64,000 nucleotides of DNA from IMG/VR virus record IMGVR_UViG_3300029882_000012, positions 1 through 64,000 of that record; one strand, 5' to 3'. This document shows, in pieces, positions 15,933 to 25,363 of the stretch (positions within the stretch are counted from its first letter, which is position 1; the number at the start of each line of letters is the position of its first letter). The notes under the pieces were generated by a model. The model was not told where the DNA came from. It ran no database searches and saw nothing but the letters and a program-made list of their open reading frames with translations. The position numbers were made by a program, and so were the translations under genes. Source of the stretch: a virus.

Positions 15933-16178
15933 CTATTTGTCATCGTGTGGGTGGTTATTTAATTCAGCTTCTTCCATTGCCCTATAAAGTTCAACAATGG
16001 CTTGTCTTATTCTAAAATGCCTATTTGTATTGCCGCCTGACATTGCGAATCGAACATTGTGCCGACAAATTCCGTCTCTTTTGGTTTCCATAGTGTTGAT
16101 GTAATAATCGCCATTACCGCCAACTTCCATCCAAAATTTAGTATCTCTTATATCGCAGTCATCTGTTAATATTGCCAT
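15933..16178 (-). CDS. hypothetical protein
   Basis: Track ORF. Confidence 0.5.
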   Translation of the reverse strand: MAILTDDCDIRDTKFWMEVGGNGDYYINTMETKRDGICRHNVRFAMSGGNTNRHFRIRQAIVELYRAMEEAELNNHPHDDK

Positions 16179-16184
16179 GATTAA

Positions 16185-16385
16185 TTATTTTTCTTCTTTT
16201 GATTTTTCCCAAACAATAATCCTAACTTCTCCATAAGGGGTAATGGTTGAACCCAATGTTGTTTTACATGATTTACATTTGAAATATAATAAATCATCAG
16301 CTTTGTAATATTTATCAAACCAATCGCTTTTTTCAATTGCTAATTGATTACACGCTGGACATTCTATTTTATCCTGACAAATCAT
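16185..16385 (-). CDS. zinc-ribbon hypothetical protein
   Basis: CPAC...CKSC pairs. Confidence 0.5.
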   Translation of the reverse strand: MICQDKIECPACNQLAIEKSDWFDKYYKADDLLYFKCKSCKTTLGSTITPYGEVRIIVWEKSKEEK

Positions 16386-16987
16386 GGCTTAAATCCTAAA
16401 TATTTCCAAGCCTTGATTAATTCTCCTTCGGTTAAAAAAGGCTTTAATAATTGTAATCGTTCACACGCTATATTGAGAACTTTCATTGTTTTTCTTTTTT
16501 CAGAACCTCGATTATCCCATTCTGCGTGATGATTGCAAACTCCAATTAAATCAAATCCGAGAAAGAATATATTGTCTTTATTGGTTGCAATTGATGGAAA
16601 TTCTGACTTTGGAAAAATATGACAGGTAACAGCCCTTTTAAAGAACTTATTAACCGCATACAAGGGCTTACCGCACTCCATACAGGCAAAAGGTATATCA
16701 TTAGCCATTAAATCAAAAAAGTCGTTTAAATCGTTTCTTTTTTCCTTTTTTTCGGGACTTACTTTCGGTGCCGTGTTTTTCAATGAATATTTGGTGGTTT
16801 CCCTCACTAATTCTAAATCCTCAATCAGCCATCTTTCATACCTATCTTCAATTTCAAAGCTTTGCCCCCAACAAATAAAGTAGTATGCTTTATTTTTAAT
16901 TTCATTTGAGGCAAGCCAAACACTCTCTCCTGTTGAAGTTATTTTTAGTGGTGTGCCCTTTTTTAGTTTTGTATCAGGTATTTTCAT
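16382..16987 (-). CDS. hypothetical protein, possible HNH/zinc-binding nuclease
   Basis: 'CMECGKPL...CHIFPKS...N...CNHH' spacing looks beta-beta-alpha-Me-like. Confidence 0.3.
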   Translation of the reverse strand: MKIPDTKLKKGTPLKITSTGESVWLASNEIKNKAYYFICWGQSFEIEDRYERWLIEDLELVRETTKYSLKNTAPKVSPEKKEKRNDLNDFFDLMANDIPFACMECGKPLYAVNKFFKRAVTCHIFPKSEFPSIATNKDNIFFLGFDLIGVCNHHAEWDNRGSEKRKTMKVLNIACERLQLLKPFLTEGELIKAWKYLGFKP

Positions 16988-17394
16988 ATTCCAAGAAATA
17001 GTCCCAAATTATTGGGGTCGGTTTCATCACCAATTACGGCTTCATGGTCGGCAATTGAACATTGGTATTTATATTCAATGTGTTCAATCATCATGTAGGA
17101 TGCTGCGTATTTTCGGCCATATTCGTCGCTTTCGCCCTCATCATAACTTAAAATCGCTTCGAAATTGTAAAAGCCTTCTTTTTGTATTCCCAATGGTTCG
17201 TTCTCTTCATTAACAAACGCATCCAAAACTTCTTCCTCGTTCCACGAACCAACGGTTATAAAAAAACTTTCATGGTCGAAGTCTTTAAACCTATATCCGC
17301 TTTGCTCAACAAATACAATTTTACTCCATCCCTTAACATAGCAAACCTTTTTTTGCAGGTCTTGGAGCATATCAAATGCCTCATGCCAATTCAT
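16984..17394 (-). CDS. acidic hypothetical protein
   Basis: Track ORF, Asp/Glu-rich. Confidence 0.5.
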   Translation of the reverse strand: MNWHEAFDMLQDLQKKVCYVKGWSKIVFVEQSGYRFKDFDHESFFITVGSWNEEEVLDAFVNEENEPLGIQKEGFYNFEAILSYDEGESDEYGRKYAASYMMIEHIEYKYQCSIADHEAVIGDETDPNNLGLFLGI

Positions 17395-17396
17395 AT

Positions 17397-18344
17397 CTAA
17401 AATAATTTATGATTATAAAATTCACCCTTACCGTTCCAAAATATCTTTTCGATAGTTTTCTTTTTATTGTTGGTTGCAGACAAAGAACTTCTATGTGTAA
17501 ATGCGTGTACCTCTTTAAATTCGTAAGGCATTCCATATTCTGAAATATAAACTGGATACGGACAGTTCAAAGCCCAAAAATAAAAATTGGCATAATCAAA
17601 ACCACCCTCTTTATATTCTTCAGTTCCTTTGTATGGTATGTCGCAATAGATAACAGGGTTTTTTGAATTAATTAAAACATTTTCGTAACTGCCATTCGTA
17701 ATTTGCAGGTTTTGCAGGTTTTGCAGGTTTTGCAGGTTTTGCAGGTTTTGGATTCTGGCTAAATGCTCTAATAACTCTAAATTTTGTATCCTGCTTTCAA
17801 CCCCATCGCCAAAAACTTCAATATTTGCTTTTTTAATATAATCGCAAAACACCGTCCTCCGCTTGTGTAGAGTTGGTATATTGAAAATATTAGGAATATC
17901 AATATTTAGTTTAGCCATACTATCCTTGCAGCAATCAACTATTATTTTATGCCCCAATCGTTTAACTTCCTCAATATCGCTTCCATACAGATACGAACTT
18001 TGTTTATTCCCAAAACTCCAGCAACTCATCACAAAACCCGAATACCAATCCACATCTTCACGTGCACATTGTTTAAAGAACTCATCTCGTGTTACCCATT
18101 CGTAAAATTTAGGTTCAAGTTCTTTATGTGTTTTAAGATATTCAACCAAGCAATAAATATGTGGGTTTAATTCATTATAGTGAACATTAAAACGGTAGTC
18201 TTTAATGGCTGTAAATGAAATAGAACCGCCTCCGCCCAATAAATCATAAAAATCGGTTAAATATGGATGCCTCGATGTTATGAAATGAAGTATCTCATTT
18301 GCTAACTTTCGCTTTGAACCCATGTAAGGAATTCCAAGGCTCAT
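17397..18344 (-). CDS. D12-class N6-adenine DNA methyltransferase
   Basis: 'PYMGSKRKLANEI', 'LLGGGGSISF' (FxGxG-like), 'YCDIPY' (DPPY-like). Confidence 0.8.
   Translation of the reverse strand: MSLGIPYMGSKRKLANEILHFITSRHPYLTDFYDLLGGGGSISFTAIKDYRFNVHYNELNPHIYCLVEYLKTHKELEPKFYEWVTRDEFFKQCAREDVDWYSGFVMSCWSFGNKQSSYLYGSDIEEVKRLGHKIIVDCCKDSMAKLNIDIPNIFNIPTLHKRRTVFCDYIKKANIEVFGDGVESRIQNLELLEHLARIQNLQNLQNLQNLQNLQITNGSYENVLINSKNPVIYCDIPYKGTEEYKEGGFDYANFYFWALNCPYPVYISEYGMPYEFKEVHAFTHRSSLSATNNKKKTIEKIFWNGKGEFYNHKLF
17702..17750. repeat. tandem 9-nt repeat (TTTGCAGGT x5 plus a partial copy) inside the methyltransferase gene
   Basis: Read directly; encodes (QNL)x5 in frame. Confidence 0.95.
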
Positions 18345-18679
18345 AATAAAGAGATTTGGTTTTTAATCAACGATCTATATTCAATAGGTCTGGAATCTTT
18401 CTTAGCATTTTCTATCCCATATTCCATCCCCTTAGAAATACCCAAATCTGTGTAAACAACCGTTTTATCGGCACATAACCCCCAAATCAATCCTGCATCG
18501 ATACCCAACTTTCTTTCTTCCAAAATTGTATCATCTAAAATTCCGGGTTGAGTATATAATAAATGTGATGCGAATGGTGCCTCGCCTCTTTCAAAGCAGT
18601 CGGCCATACATTCTCGTGCATATTTTTCATTTTGTTGAATATCTCCAACATATGGGGACTCTAAAATTACTTTTATCAT
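18341..18679 (-). CDS. hypothetical protein (possibly nucleoside 2-deoxyribosyltransferase-like fold)
   Basis: 'VILESPYVGD...NEKYARECMADCFERGEAPFASHLLY' pattern; weak recall. Confidence 0.35.
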   Translation of the reverse strand: MIKVILESPYVGDIQQNEKYARECMADCFERGEAPFASHLLYTQPGILDDTILEERKLGIDAGLIWGLCADKTVVYTDLGISKGMEYGIENAKKDSRPIEYRSLIKNQISLL

Positions 18680-18688
18680 AGTTGAATA

Positions 18689-19442
18689 TTACAATAGTTT
18701 TGTTTGTGATATATGATGATTATATCTTTTAACTGATTTTGGATGCATCTTTTCATCGTTTTCAAAACATATAAAGTTTCTATTCTCATCATGACTTGCG
18801 ATGGCTGTCGTACCGCTTCCCGAACAGTTATCCAATATTAAATCGCCTTTATTTGAATAGGTTTTGATTAAATATCTAAAAAGTGGAACTGGTTTTTGGG
18901 TCGGATGAATGGTATTATTAGCCGAATCAAAATGTAAAACACTTTCTGGATAGTTTGTATATTCCTGTTTGTATTGCTGTCCTTTGGTTGCACCATAATT
19001 TTCTGTTGTTACAAGTTTTGAATCTTTAACCAACTTCTCGTATGGTCGTAACCCTTGAGGATTGTAAACGTTTTTGTCATAAAAAATTAAAATCGATTCG
19101 TGTATTCTCAAATGGCTGATGTTTAGCATTCAAATAATTAGTGCTATCCGTTTTTTTCCAAATCCATTCGTATTTAAACATATCTAAATTAGACATTATT
19201 AGCATTGATGTAAACGGTTGAGCAGCCGTGAGACATATTGTCCCCATAGGAGCCAAAACCCTTTTATATTGTCCCCATAGGAATTTTAAATCAATTACTG
19301 AATCCCATTTGTTGGCTGTCGTTCCGTATGGTAAATCGCACAGGATTAGGTTTATAGAACTATCAGCCACTAATGGCAACAAATCCAAACAGTCCCCGTA
19401 TGTTATTTTATTTATAAATTTATCGTTTGCTTTTTGAATCAT
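18689..19442 (-). pseudogene. N6/N4-type DNA methyltransferase split by a 1-nt frameshift
   Basis: 19077..19442 has 'LILCDLPYG' (DPPY); 18689..19129 has 'HPTQKPVPL' and 'DNCSGSGTT'; frames join near 19108-19116 (CAGCCATTTGAGAAT). Confidence 0.75.
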
Positions 19443-20140
19443 AAAATTAATTCCTGTTGAACATTATTATAATGAGTATGATAGTTAGTCCAAATTGCTT
19501 CAGTCGTTTGATGCGCTACCCCGTTCATTTTTGTTAATGGAACGAATGGTAGCCAATCAGCTTTCGTATTTTCACAAACCATTACTTGACCGTTTAATCC
19601 TTTACACCAATTTGCCAATTTTTCAAAATCAATATATTTGGCTTTCATTGGATATTTATCACCTCCATGTGTGTAAGGAGGGTCGATAAACCAAGTGGCT
19701 TTTTTATTGCAATCACCATCATAGTATTCGCCTTGTTTTATAGTCCAATGTTTACATTTAAATAAATTGGTTGCCACACGTTTTCTATTAGCCTCAAATC
19801 GCATTGCTCCCCATTTTGAAACTACATTATTCCCCCCGTACGCTGCCTGTACTATCAAAAATCTCATTAAATTATATTGACCATCACAATCGAACATATC
19901 TCTTGATATTTTAAAACCTCTTGGTAATACCGGTAATGACATAATATCTTTAATCGATGCCTCTTGTAAGTAATGCCAAATGTCAATAACCATTTGTGAT
20001 TTATCTATCAGGGTTACGTTTTTCTCAAAATATAGTAGAGAAAAATAACCAGCACCTGCAAACCGTTCCTCAATATCGTCAAAAATTGGTTTAGGATAAT
20101 ATTTAGCAATCCTATTTTTGCTACCGTAATAAGACCACAT
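19439..20140 (-). CDS. Dam-like (D12-class) N6-adenine DNA methyltransferase
   Basis: 'YYGSKNRIAKYYP', 'ERFAGAGYF', 'FIDPPY'. Confidence 0.8.
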   Translation of the reverse strand: MWSYYGSKNRIAKYYPKPIFDDIEERFAGAGYFSLLYFEKNVTLIDKSQMVIDIWHYLQEASIKDIMSLPVLPRGFKISRDMFDCDGQYNLMRFLIVQAAYGGNNVVSKWGAMRFEANRKRVATNLFKCKHWTIKQGEYYDGDCNKKATWFIDPPYTHGGDKYPMKAKYIDFEKLANWCKGLNGQVMVCENTKADWLPFVPLTKMNGVAHQTTEAIWTNYHTHYNNVQQELIL

Positions 20141-20141
20141 A

Positions 20142-20615
20142 CTAAAAAGCCAGTTTTTTCGGGGTCAAATGCTTTTCTATTTGCATTAAAAATGTTTCCT
20201 TATTGCTGAAAATAAATGCAATCCCACCTGCCGACTTAACCTTTTTTATTCGCTCGGTTTGACCTTCAGAAAGTTCATCATTGCCTGTTTTACATTCCAA
20301 TTCTATGTGCAAACCATCTGAAAGCCTAAAACCCGACACGTCAAGTATTTTCTTTTTGATATTATTTTTCCTAAACATTGTTGTTACTTTTTCGTACGGG
20401 TATTGTTTGGGGTTTCCGTTTTCATCAAAGGCATCTATAAAAGCATTTTCCCGTTTAATAATTGGGGCTGGTATGTTATTCGACCTATGCACCTCAAATT
20501 GTCCGCTATCGTTTAAATAATCAATAACCCATTTAGTCAGTTCTGCGGTAATCCTGCGACTTGCCTTTGTCTTTTGATTTCGGGTTAGTTCGGGTTCATC
20601 AAATAGATTGCTCAT
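20142..20615 (-). CDS. VRR-NUC / PD-(D/E)XK-like nuclease
   Basis: 'DVSGFRL...HIELECKTGNDELSEGQ' (D...E-x-K then Q). Confidence 0.45.
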   Translation of the reverse strand: MSNLFDEPELTRNQKTKASRRITAELTKWVIDYLNDSGQFEVHRSNNIPAPIIKRENAFIDAFDENGNPKQYPYEKVTTMFRKNNIKKKILDVSGFRLSDGLHIELECKTGNDELSEGQTERIKKVKSAGGIAFIFSNKETFLMQIEKHLTPKKLAF

Positions 20616-20618
20616 ATG

Positions 20619-21887
20619 CTATTGAATATCTTCTAAAATCTGATATTCCATATCCGTTCCCTCGTATGAAACTCTCTCTATTAACAATTGGTAGTCGTGT
20701 TCATTAGCCCATTTTTCAATTTCACTAAGGGAATTCTTATCCAAAAATGAAGCGTCGAAGTGCAACATTTTAACTTCTCCTAAATCAATCGATGCTAATT
20801 TTAACGCCGCAATATAAATAGCACTTGATGAAATTTGCTCCCTTGTAAGTGGTAAATTGTTGTAAAGTACCCCATCGTCGGTAAAGTCAAACCCTTCCGG
20901 CAACTTCGATTTTTTAATCATTTCAACCTTTTCAAGTTCGATTGCTTTAACGGCTTTGTCTGCTTTTTTGGCTTCAATATCCAACTGTAAAACATCCTCT
21001 TTGGCTTTGATGGCAACGTTGTTTTTCTTTATCAACTCGTTTTTATCGATGGCATCTTGTAGCTTTTTGTTGAGCATATATGATACATCGTCACCCTTTG
21101 GTTTGTTGGTTTTGTCATCAAGCCATTTGTTGGCCTCTACGGCGCGTTTTTCCAATTGCTTCTTATCTGCTTCAGCCGCCTTTAAAAGTGTCGTCAATCG
21201 CTTTATTTCGGTATCAGCGTTGGTTATTTGCCTGTTAATGTCATTCGCTCCCTTTTGGGCGTTTTCGTATTTATGATTATGCAAGTCCATTTCCGAAATC
21301 TCTTTTTGGATGGACATGGTTTCAATTTCCTTAACTGGAAGCGTTGCGGTAATCGGTTTTAAGTTGTTTTTGGCATCCAAAAGTTTCTTGTTTGCAAACG
21401 TTCTTTCATCATAGGCAACTTTGTATCGATCATTTATGGCACTAAAATCCAACCCCGATATTTTCTCAATCATTTGCTTTTGTTGCTTTGGCATTGACTG
21501 AAAAAAGCGGTCAATATCGAAAGAGGCAGGAAAGTATCGTTTCATTATTTCCTCGGTGATTGAAGATTTAGTTTCTATTGCGTTACCATCTTCATCAACA
21601 CCGGGAACTATTATTGAAAACCGTTCACCCTTTTTTGTAAGGTTATCGAAACTCCAATTTAGTTTAACGCCATCGGTAAGTTCCATTTGGCAAAATCCTT
21701 CGGTTTCGTTTTCTTTGACAATCATGTCGGGTTTGATGCCCCTGAAACGGTCTGGTAGTGACCTAATGAAAGATGATTTGCCTTTGTTATTGCCGCCCAT
21801 TATGATACAGGTTGCCCCGTTAAAGATTGCTTCGTACTCCCCAATTGCTTTGAGGTTTTTTACGCTTATTTTAGAAACTTTTGTCAT
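20619..21887 (-). CDS. SMC/RecF/SbcC-like AAA ATPase with coiled-coil
   Basis: Walker A 'GGNNKGKSSF', long charged coiled-coil middle, C-terminal 'MLHFDASFLD'/'LLIERV'. Confidence 0.65.
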   Translation of the reverse strand: MTKVSKISVKNLKAIGEYEAIFNGATCIIMGGNNKGKSSFIRSLPDRFRGIKPDMIVKENETEGFCQMELTDGVKLNWSFDNLTKKGERFSIIVPGVDEDGNAIETKSSITEEIMKRYFPASFDIDRFFQSMPKQQKQMIEKISGLDFSAINDRYKVAYDERTFANKKLLDAKNNLKPITATLPVKEIETMSIQKEISEMDLHNHKYENAQKGANDINRQITNADTEIKRLTTLLKAAEADKKQLEKRAVEANKWLDDKTNKPKGDDVSYMLNKKLQDAIDKNELIKKNNVAIKAKEDVLQLDIEAKKADKAVKAIELEKVEMIKKSKLPEGFDFTDDGVLYNNLPLTREQISSSAIYIAALKLASIDLGEVKMLHFDASFLDKNSLSEIEKWANEHDYQLLIERVSYEGTDMEYQILEDIQ

Positions 21888-21913
21888 GATTTATTTTTTT
21901 ATGTTTTGTTTTT

Positions 21914-22258
21914 TTAATATGGTATGGTATCTTCAAATTTTTCGTGTTGTTCACCAACTATTTTTAAGTCTCTGATGTTTTCGCAAGACATCATTTTAAT
22001 TCTTAATCCAATATTGTTACCACTGCCTAATTGATTATGTAACCAACCCACGCAATACATTTGGTCTGATCCATCGGAATGATGACAAGCCATTGCGTTA
22101 GTTTGTGAAAATACTGAACGTATAGGGTCAGTAGCAATCGTGCAACTTAAATTTTTATGTTTTTCAACATCATATCCATCGGGTATTTCAAATGGATTAG
22201 TTGAGCTTTTCCACGGACATTTAGCGCATTGTTTGGTTTTTACTAATTTAAATCCCAT
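21914..22258 (-). CDS. Cys-rich hypothetical protein (DUF6283-like?)
   Basis: 'CAKCPWK...MACHHS...YCVGWL'. Confidence 0.4.
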   Translation of the reverse strand: MGFKLVKTKQCAKCPWKSSTNPFEIPDGYDVEKHKNLSCTIATDPIRSVFSQTNAMACHHSDGSDQMYCVGWLHNQLGSGNNIGLRIKMMSCENIRDLKIVGEQHEKFEDTIPY

Positions 22259-22354
22259 TTTTTGTAATTGTTAGTTCTATTAATGTTAAAACCGTTTTAA
22301 CAGGTGTTTAAATGTACTGGATTGGTATTTATATATCTCTAACTTTTCCATTGC

Positions 22355-22660
22355 TTATTTGGTTTCCTTAAACAAACTGTCAAACTTTTCTTGCTTTTCC
22401 TTAAGTATCCCCATAGCGTTCATCACCAATGCAGGTATCATCGAGGTCGGTACATTTATATTATTTTCTCGTGTGCCTATTCCATAAAAACGTTTTCCTA
22501 ATATTGAGTAAGTTGTTTTAGTTTCAACATGCTTGCTTATAATGGCAGTTGTGTTTGGCTTTGTTTTGCTTATTTCATAAACATCAAGCGTATTTATAAA
22601 ATATTCCAATTCTTTTATCTCGACACTAAGTTGGTTGGCTTCGTTCAATTTCTCATTCAT
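22355..22660 (-). CDS. hypothetical protein
   Basis: Track ORF. Confidence 0.5.
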   Translation of the reverse strand: MNEKLNEANQLSVEIKELEYFINTLDVYEISKTKPNTTAIISKHVETKTTYSILGKRFYGIGTRENNINVPTSMIPALVMNAMGILKEKQEKFDSLFKETK

Positions 22661-22665
22661 ATTGA

Positions 22666-23256
22666 TTATTTAAAAACGTTAATTTTATAATACATTCCGC
22701 TTTCTTCATCAAATCTAAAACCGAGATTGTAGGCAAGTTCTTCAGCCTTACCATTTAAAAAAGGAAACCTATCAACAACGCATTGATTTATACATTGTAA
22801 TGCTTTTCTAAGTTCTTGTTTAGCTGATTTATCGCACCAATCGTTAACCCAATTTCTTGCACCCTCTGTTGTTACATGCGATTTTACATGCCTCCATTCA
22901 ATGGGTATTTTTCGTTTTATAGAACCAGTTATGACTTCAAGCTTGGCAACTAATTGAGTGCCCCAAATGCCTAAATTATATTTTCTAATCGCCTCTTTGT
23001 TTTTAGTACAAAAATGAATGACATTCAGACAATCGGTGTTAACTATTATTTTGGTAACGTTGCTTAAATCTTGTGTATATAAAACATGAAAAGCGTTTAT
23101 AATGCACCTAAATTCAGCAACTTCTGGGCGGTGACATTGTTTCCTCAATGCCCCCGAACGGGTAATTTTAAAGTCGTTGCAAACAATCCAAAAGGCAAAT
23201 GCACCGATTTTGTGTTGCTTGCTATAACTCGCATCGGTATTAATAGTGACTATCAT
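22666..23256 (-). CDS. RNase H-like nuclease
   Basis: D-E-D-H-D pattern: 'INTDAS', 'EVAEF', 'VNTDCL', 'VKSH', 'NDWCDKSAK'. Confidence 0.7.
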   Translation of the reverse strand: MIVTINTDASYSKQHKIGAFAFWIVCNDFKITRSGALRKQCHRPEVAEFRCIINAFHVLYTQDLSNVTKIIVNTDCLNVIHFCTKNKEAIRKYNLGIWGTQLVAKLEVITGSIKRKIPIEWRHVKSHVTTEGARNWVNDWCDKSAKQELRKALQCINQCVVDRFPFLNGKAEELAYNLGFRFDEESGMYYKINVFK

Positions 23257-23414
23257 TAGATATTTTGTTTTAAAATAGTTCCATCTTCGGCATCAACAAC
23301 ACGGTAATTAAAATTATCTCCACCGAGGCTTATCCATGCCACATTAACGTTGGCAAACAGTCCGCAATCAACCCATTGTAAACCGTTGAAATATTGTAAT
23401 ACTACTTCTTGCAT
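23256..23414 (-). CDS. small hypothetical protein (52 aa)
   Basis: Hand-translated MQEVVLQYFNGLQWVDCGLFANVNVAWISLGG...; TAATG overlap with the RNase H gene. Confidence 0.4.
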   Translation of the reverse strand: MQEVVLQYFNGLQWVDCGLFANVNVAWISLGGDNFNYRVVDAEDGTILKQNI

Positions 23415-23436
23415 TTTATTTTTGATTAAAAAGGAT

Positions 23437-23706
23437 TTAATTTGTTTGTAATGCCGTATTTAATCCCTTCCAACTTTTACGAGTCGGTAAGGGGAAATTA
23501 TGCTTAACGTCTGTTACGGTATATCTTTCATATACCCACTTAACGCCTATTCTGTTAGTCCAAATAATTAATACTTTATAAACACCAACACCGTTATCGT
23601 GAGTGTAAAAAGGCGTTTTAGCCATGTAATATTTTTTATCACCGTCAATAATTAAATTGTTGTTTTCTAAAAGTTCGTTGTAGGTTGGGTTTTTCATTGC
23701 CGTCAA
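23437..23706 (-). CDS. hypothetical protein
   Basis: Track ORF. Confidence 0.5.
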   Translation of the reverse strand: MTAMKNPTYNELLENNNLIIDGDKKYYMAKTPFYTHDNGVGVYKVLIIWTNRIGVKWVYERYTVTDVKHNFPLPTRKSWKGLNTALQTN

Positions 23707-23726
23707 GCTGTTAAATGATTAAATAA

Positions 23727-23870
23727 TTATTTAATAGCAAATATTTTTGTTATATGATATGTGTTGTTGTATTCTTCAAATACATATACAGAGTTCCCAA
23801 CAACATTTTTAACTGTTAAAACATCACCATATTGATTTTTAACTTTTTGGTTGATTGATAATTTTTTCAT
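23727..23870 (-). CDS. small hypothetical protein (47 aa)
   Basis: MKKLSINQKVKNQYGDVLTVKNVVGNSVYVFEEYNNTYHITKIFAIK; first ORF after promoter-like element copy B. Confidence 0.4.
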   Translation of the reverse strand: MKKLSINQKVKNQYGDVLTVKNVVGNSVYVFEEYNNTYHITKIFAIK

Positions 23871-23902
23871 GACCTTAATATTTTGTTTTGATATTCAAAG
23901 AT

Positions 23903-23957
23903 ACGCATTTATCCGTAACTACCAAATTATTTTCACTTTTTTTTCAAATTATTTTTT
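23903..23957 (-). promoter_or_regulatory. conserved promoter/operator element, copy B
   Basis: ACGCATTTATCCGT + 6 nt + CAAATTATTTTCACTTTTTTTTCAAATTATTTTT; same architecture as 13531-13585. Confidence 0.5.
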
Positions 23958-24094
23958 CGGCGCAAATTGTTGACGTATAGAACATTACATGGTTGCCTCT
24001 AATAATTAATTAGAGTTGTTCTAATAATTCTCTTGGAAATCTTCGAAAAAGTGTAACCAAAAAGCATTTATAATATAAAAGACTATACACATTT

Positions 24095-24346
24095 ATGAGA
24101 GAATTAGAAGAACTACCATTTGCAAGCTTACTGTGTACGCTTCTTATGGGCTATGGAATTGAAAAATTTGATATTAGCTTTCGGTACAGGCACGAAGTGG
24201 CAACCCGAATTTGGATTACTGTTAACTTTGAATTTGGTGGAAAACGATTTGATGTTGACGGTTCAACACCTGCAATAGTAAAGAGGCGAATTATTGAAAG
24301 GGTTGAGCAAATTGTTATTGAACAAAAAAGTCCCGAAAGTTTTTAG
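24095..24346 (+). CDS. hypothetical protein (lone + strand gene)
   Basis: Track ORF with ATG start, divergent from promoter-like element B; upstream palindrome CTCTAAT-AATTA-ATTAGAG. Confidence 0.5.
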   Translation: MRELEELPFASLLCTLLMGYGIEKFDISFRYRHEVATRIWITVNFEFGGKRFDVDGSTPAIVKRRIIERVEQIVIEQKSPESF

Positions 24347-24404
24347 GCTTATCGGGGCTTATAACCGTTAATTTAACTCTCACATCAAATGGGAACGGTT
24401 AATA

Positions 24405-25331
24405 TTATCCAAAAGCACAAACTCCACAACTTTGTTTTTCGTGCCCCGTTTCTTCTTCTGTTCTGCCAAATGTTAAATTAAATTGCAATTCATTAATTCC
24501 TTTATCGCTATCACCTAATACACGTCCCCAATGTGCATTCAAATCATTTGCTAATTTTATTGATTTTTTATAGTATTCAGGATAAAAATATTCAATTGCT
24601 AAATAATCATCCTCCTGAAAGTTTTTACATGGTAGGCAATTATTATGTTTAACCACTCTTTCACGTGTGCCTAATTTTTTTCTAACTGTTAATTGACTAT
24701 CTGGATGTAATCTATATAAGTTTGCTATCATAAATTCGCAAAACTTTTTATCATTCCAACGTAGTGTATAAATTTTAGGATACCACCCTATATGTTTTTT
24801 AACTATTGCAAAACACCATTCATTTGTTTTATCAGAAATAGGAAAATACTTTTTAACATCATTTAATTGTATGCTGCGACCGTCAACGTTGTTATCGGTT
24901 TTTTTAGCCATATTTCTAACTCGCTTAATTTCCTCTCTAACGTAACCTACTAAATCAATGGTAATATTATGTTCTTTCATATATTCATGCCACGGTATGA
25001 CCTTTAAAAGCCTTGTACAAGGTGCAATCATGGGATGAGGTATCATTTTTTGTTCATAGAAAAATCTTAGGACAGAATTTCGAGTTATTTTTACGTACAC
25101 TTTTTTAAAATTTCTTTTACAAAAGCGTATCAAGTCTTTTACAAAAGCGTATGTATCCGGCGAATGTTCTTCAAAGTGAGCATAAAAAATATGAATAGCT
25201 TTTGGTTTTAAATTTTCAGGCCATTGAGATAACCAAACCGCTAAAGCAGCACTATTGATACCACCGCTAATTCCTAATCCGATTTCTTCTTCAGAGAAAT
25301 CCTCATATTGGATAAACATTTCTTGTTGCAT
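24405..25331 (-). CDS. PP-loop ATP-pyrophosphatase superfamily protein (PAPS reductase/DndC/TilS-like)
   Basis: 'GLGISGGINSAALAVWL' (SGGxxS PP-loop), 'APCTRLLKV', C-terminal 'CGVC'. Confidence 0.7.
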   Translation of the reverse strand: MQQEMFIQYEDFSEEEIGLGISGGINSAALAVWLSQWPENLKPKAIHIFYAHFEEHSPDTYAFVKDLIRFCKRNFKKVYVKITRNSVLRFFYEQKMIPHPMIAPCTRLLKVIPWHEYMKEHNITIDLVGYVREEIKRVRNMAKKTDNNVDGRSIQLNDVKKYFPISDKTNEWCFAIVKKHIGWYPKIYTLRWNDKKFCEFMIANLYRLHPDSQLTVRKKLGTRERVVKHNNCLPCKNFQEDDYLAIEYFYPEYYKKSIKLANDLNAHWGRVLGDSDKGINELQFNLTFGRTEEETGHEKQSCGVCAFG

Positions 25332-25363
25332 AATGTGAGAGTTTTAATTATTCTCAAATATAC

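Noticed and set aside
17702-17750. Short tandem repeat considered as a CRISPR-like array or phase-variation switch
   Set aside because: The 9-nt units are contiguous with no spacers and lie inside a coding frame, so this is not a CRISPR array. The unit length is a multiple of 3, so slippage cannot switch the gene on or off by frameshift.
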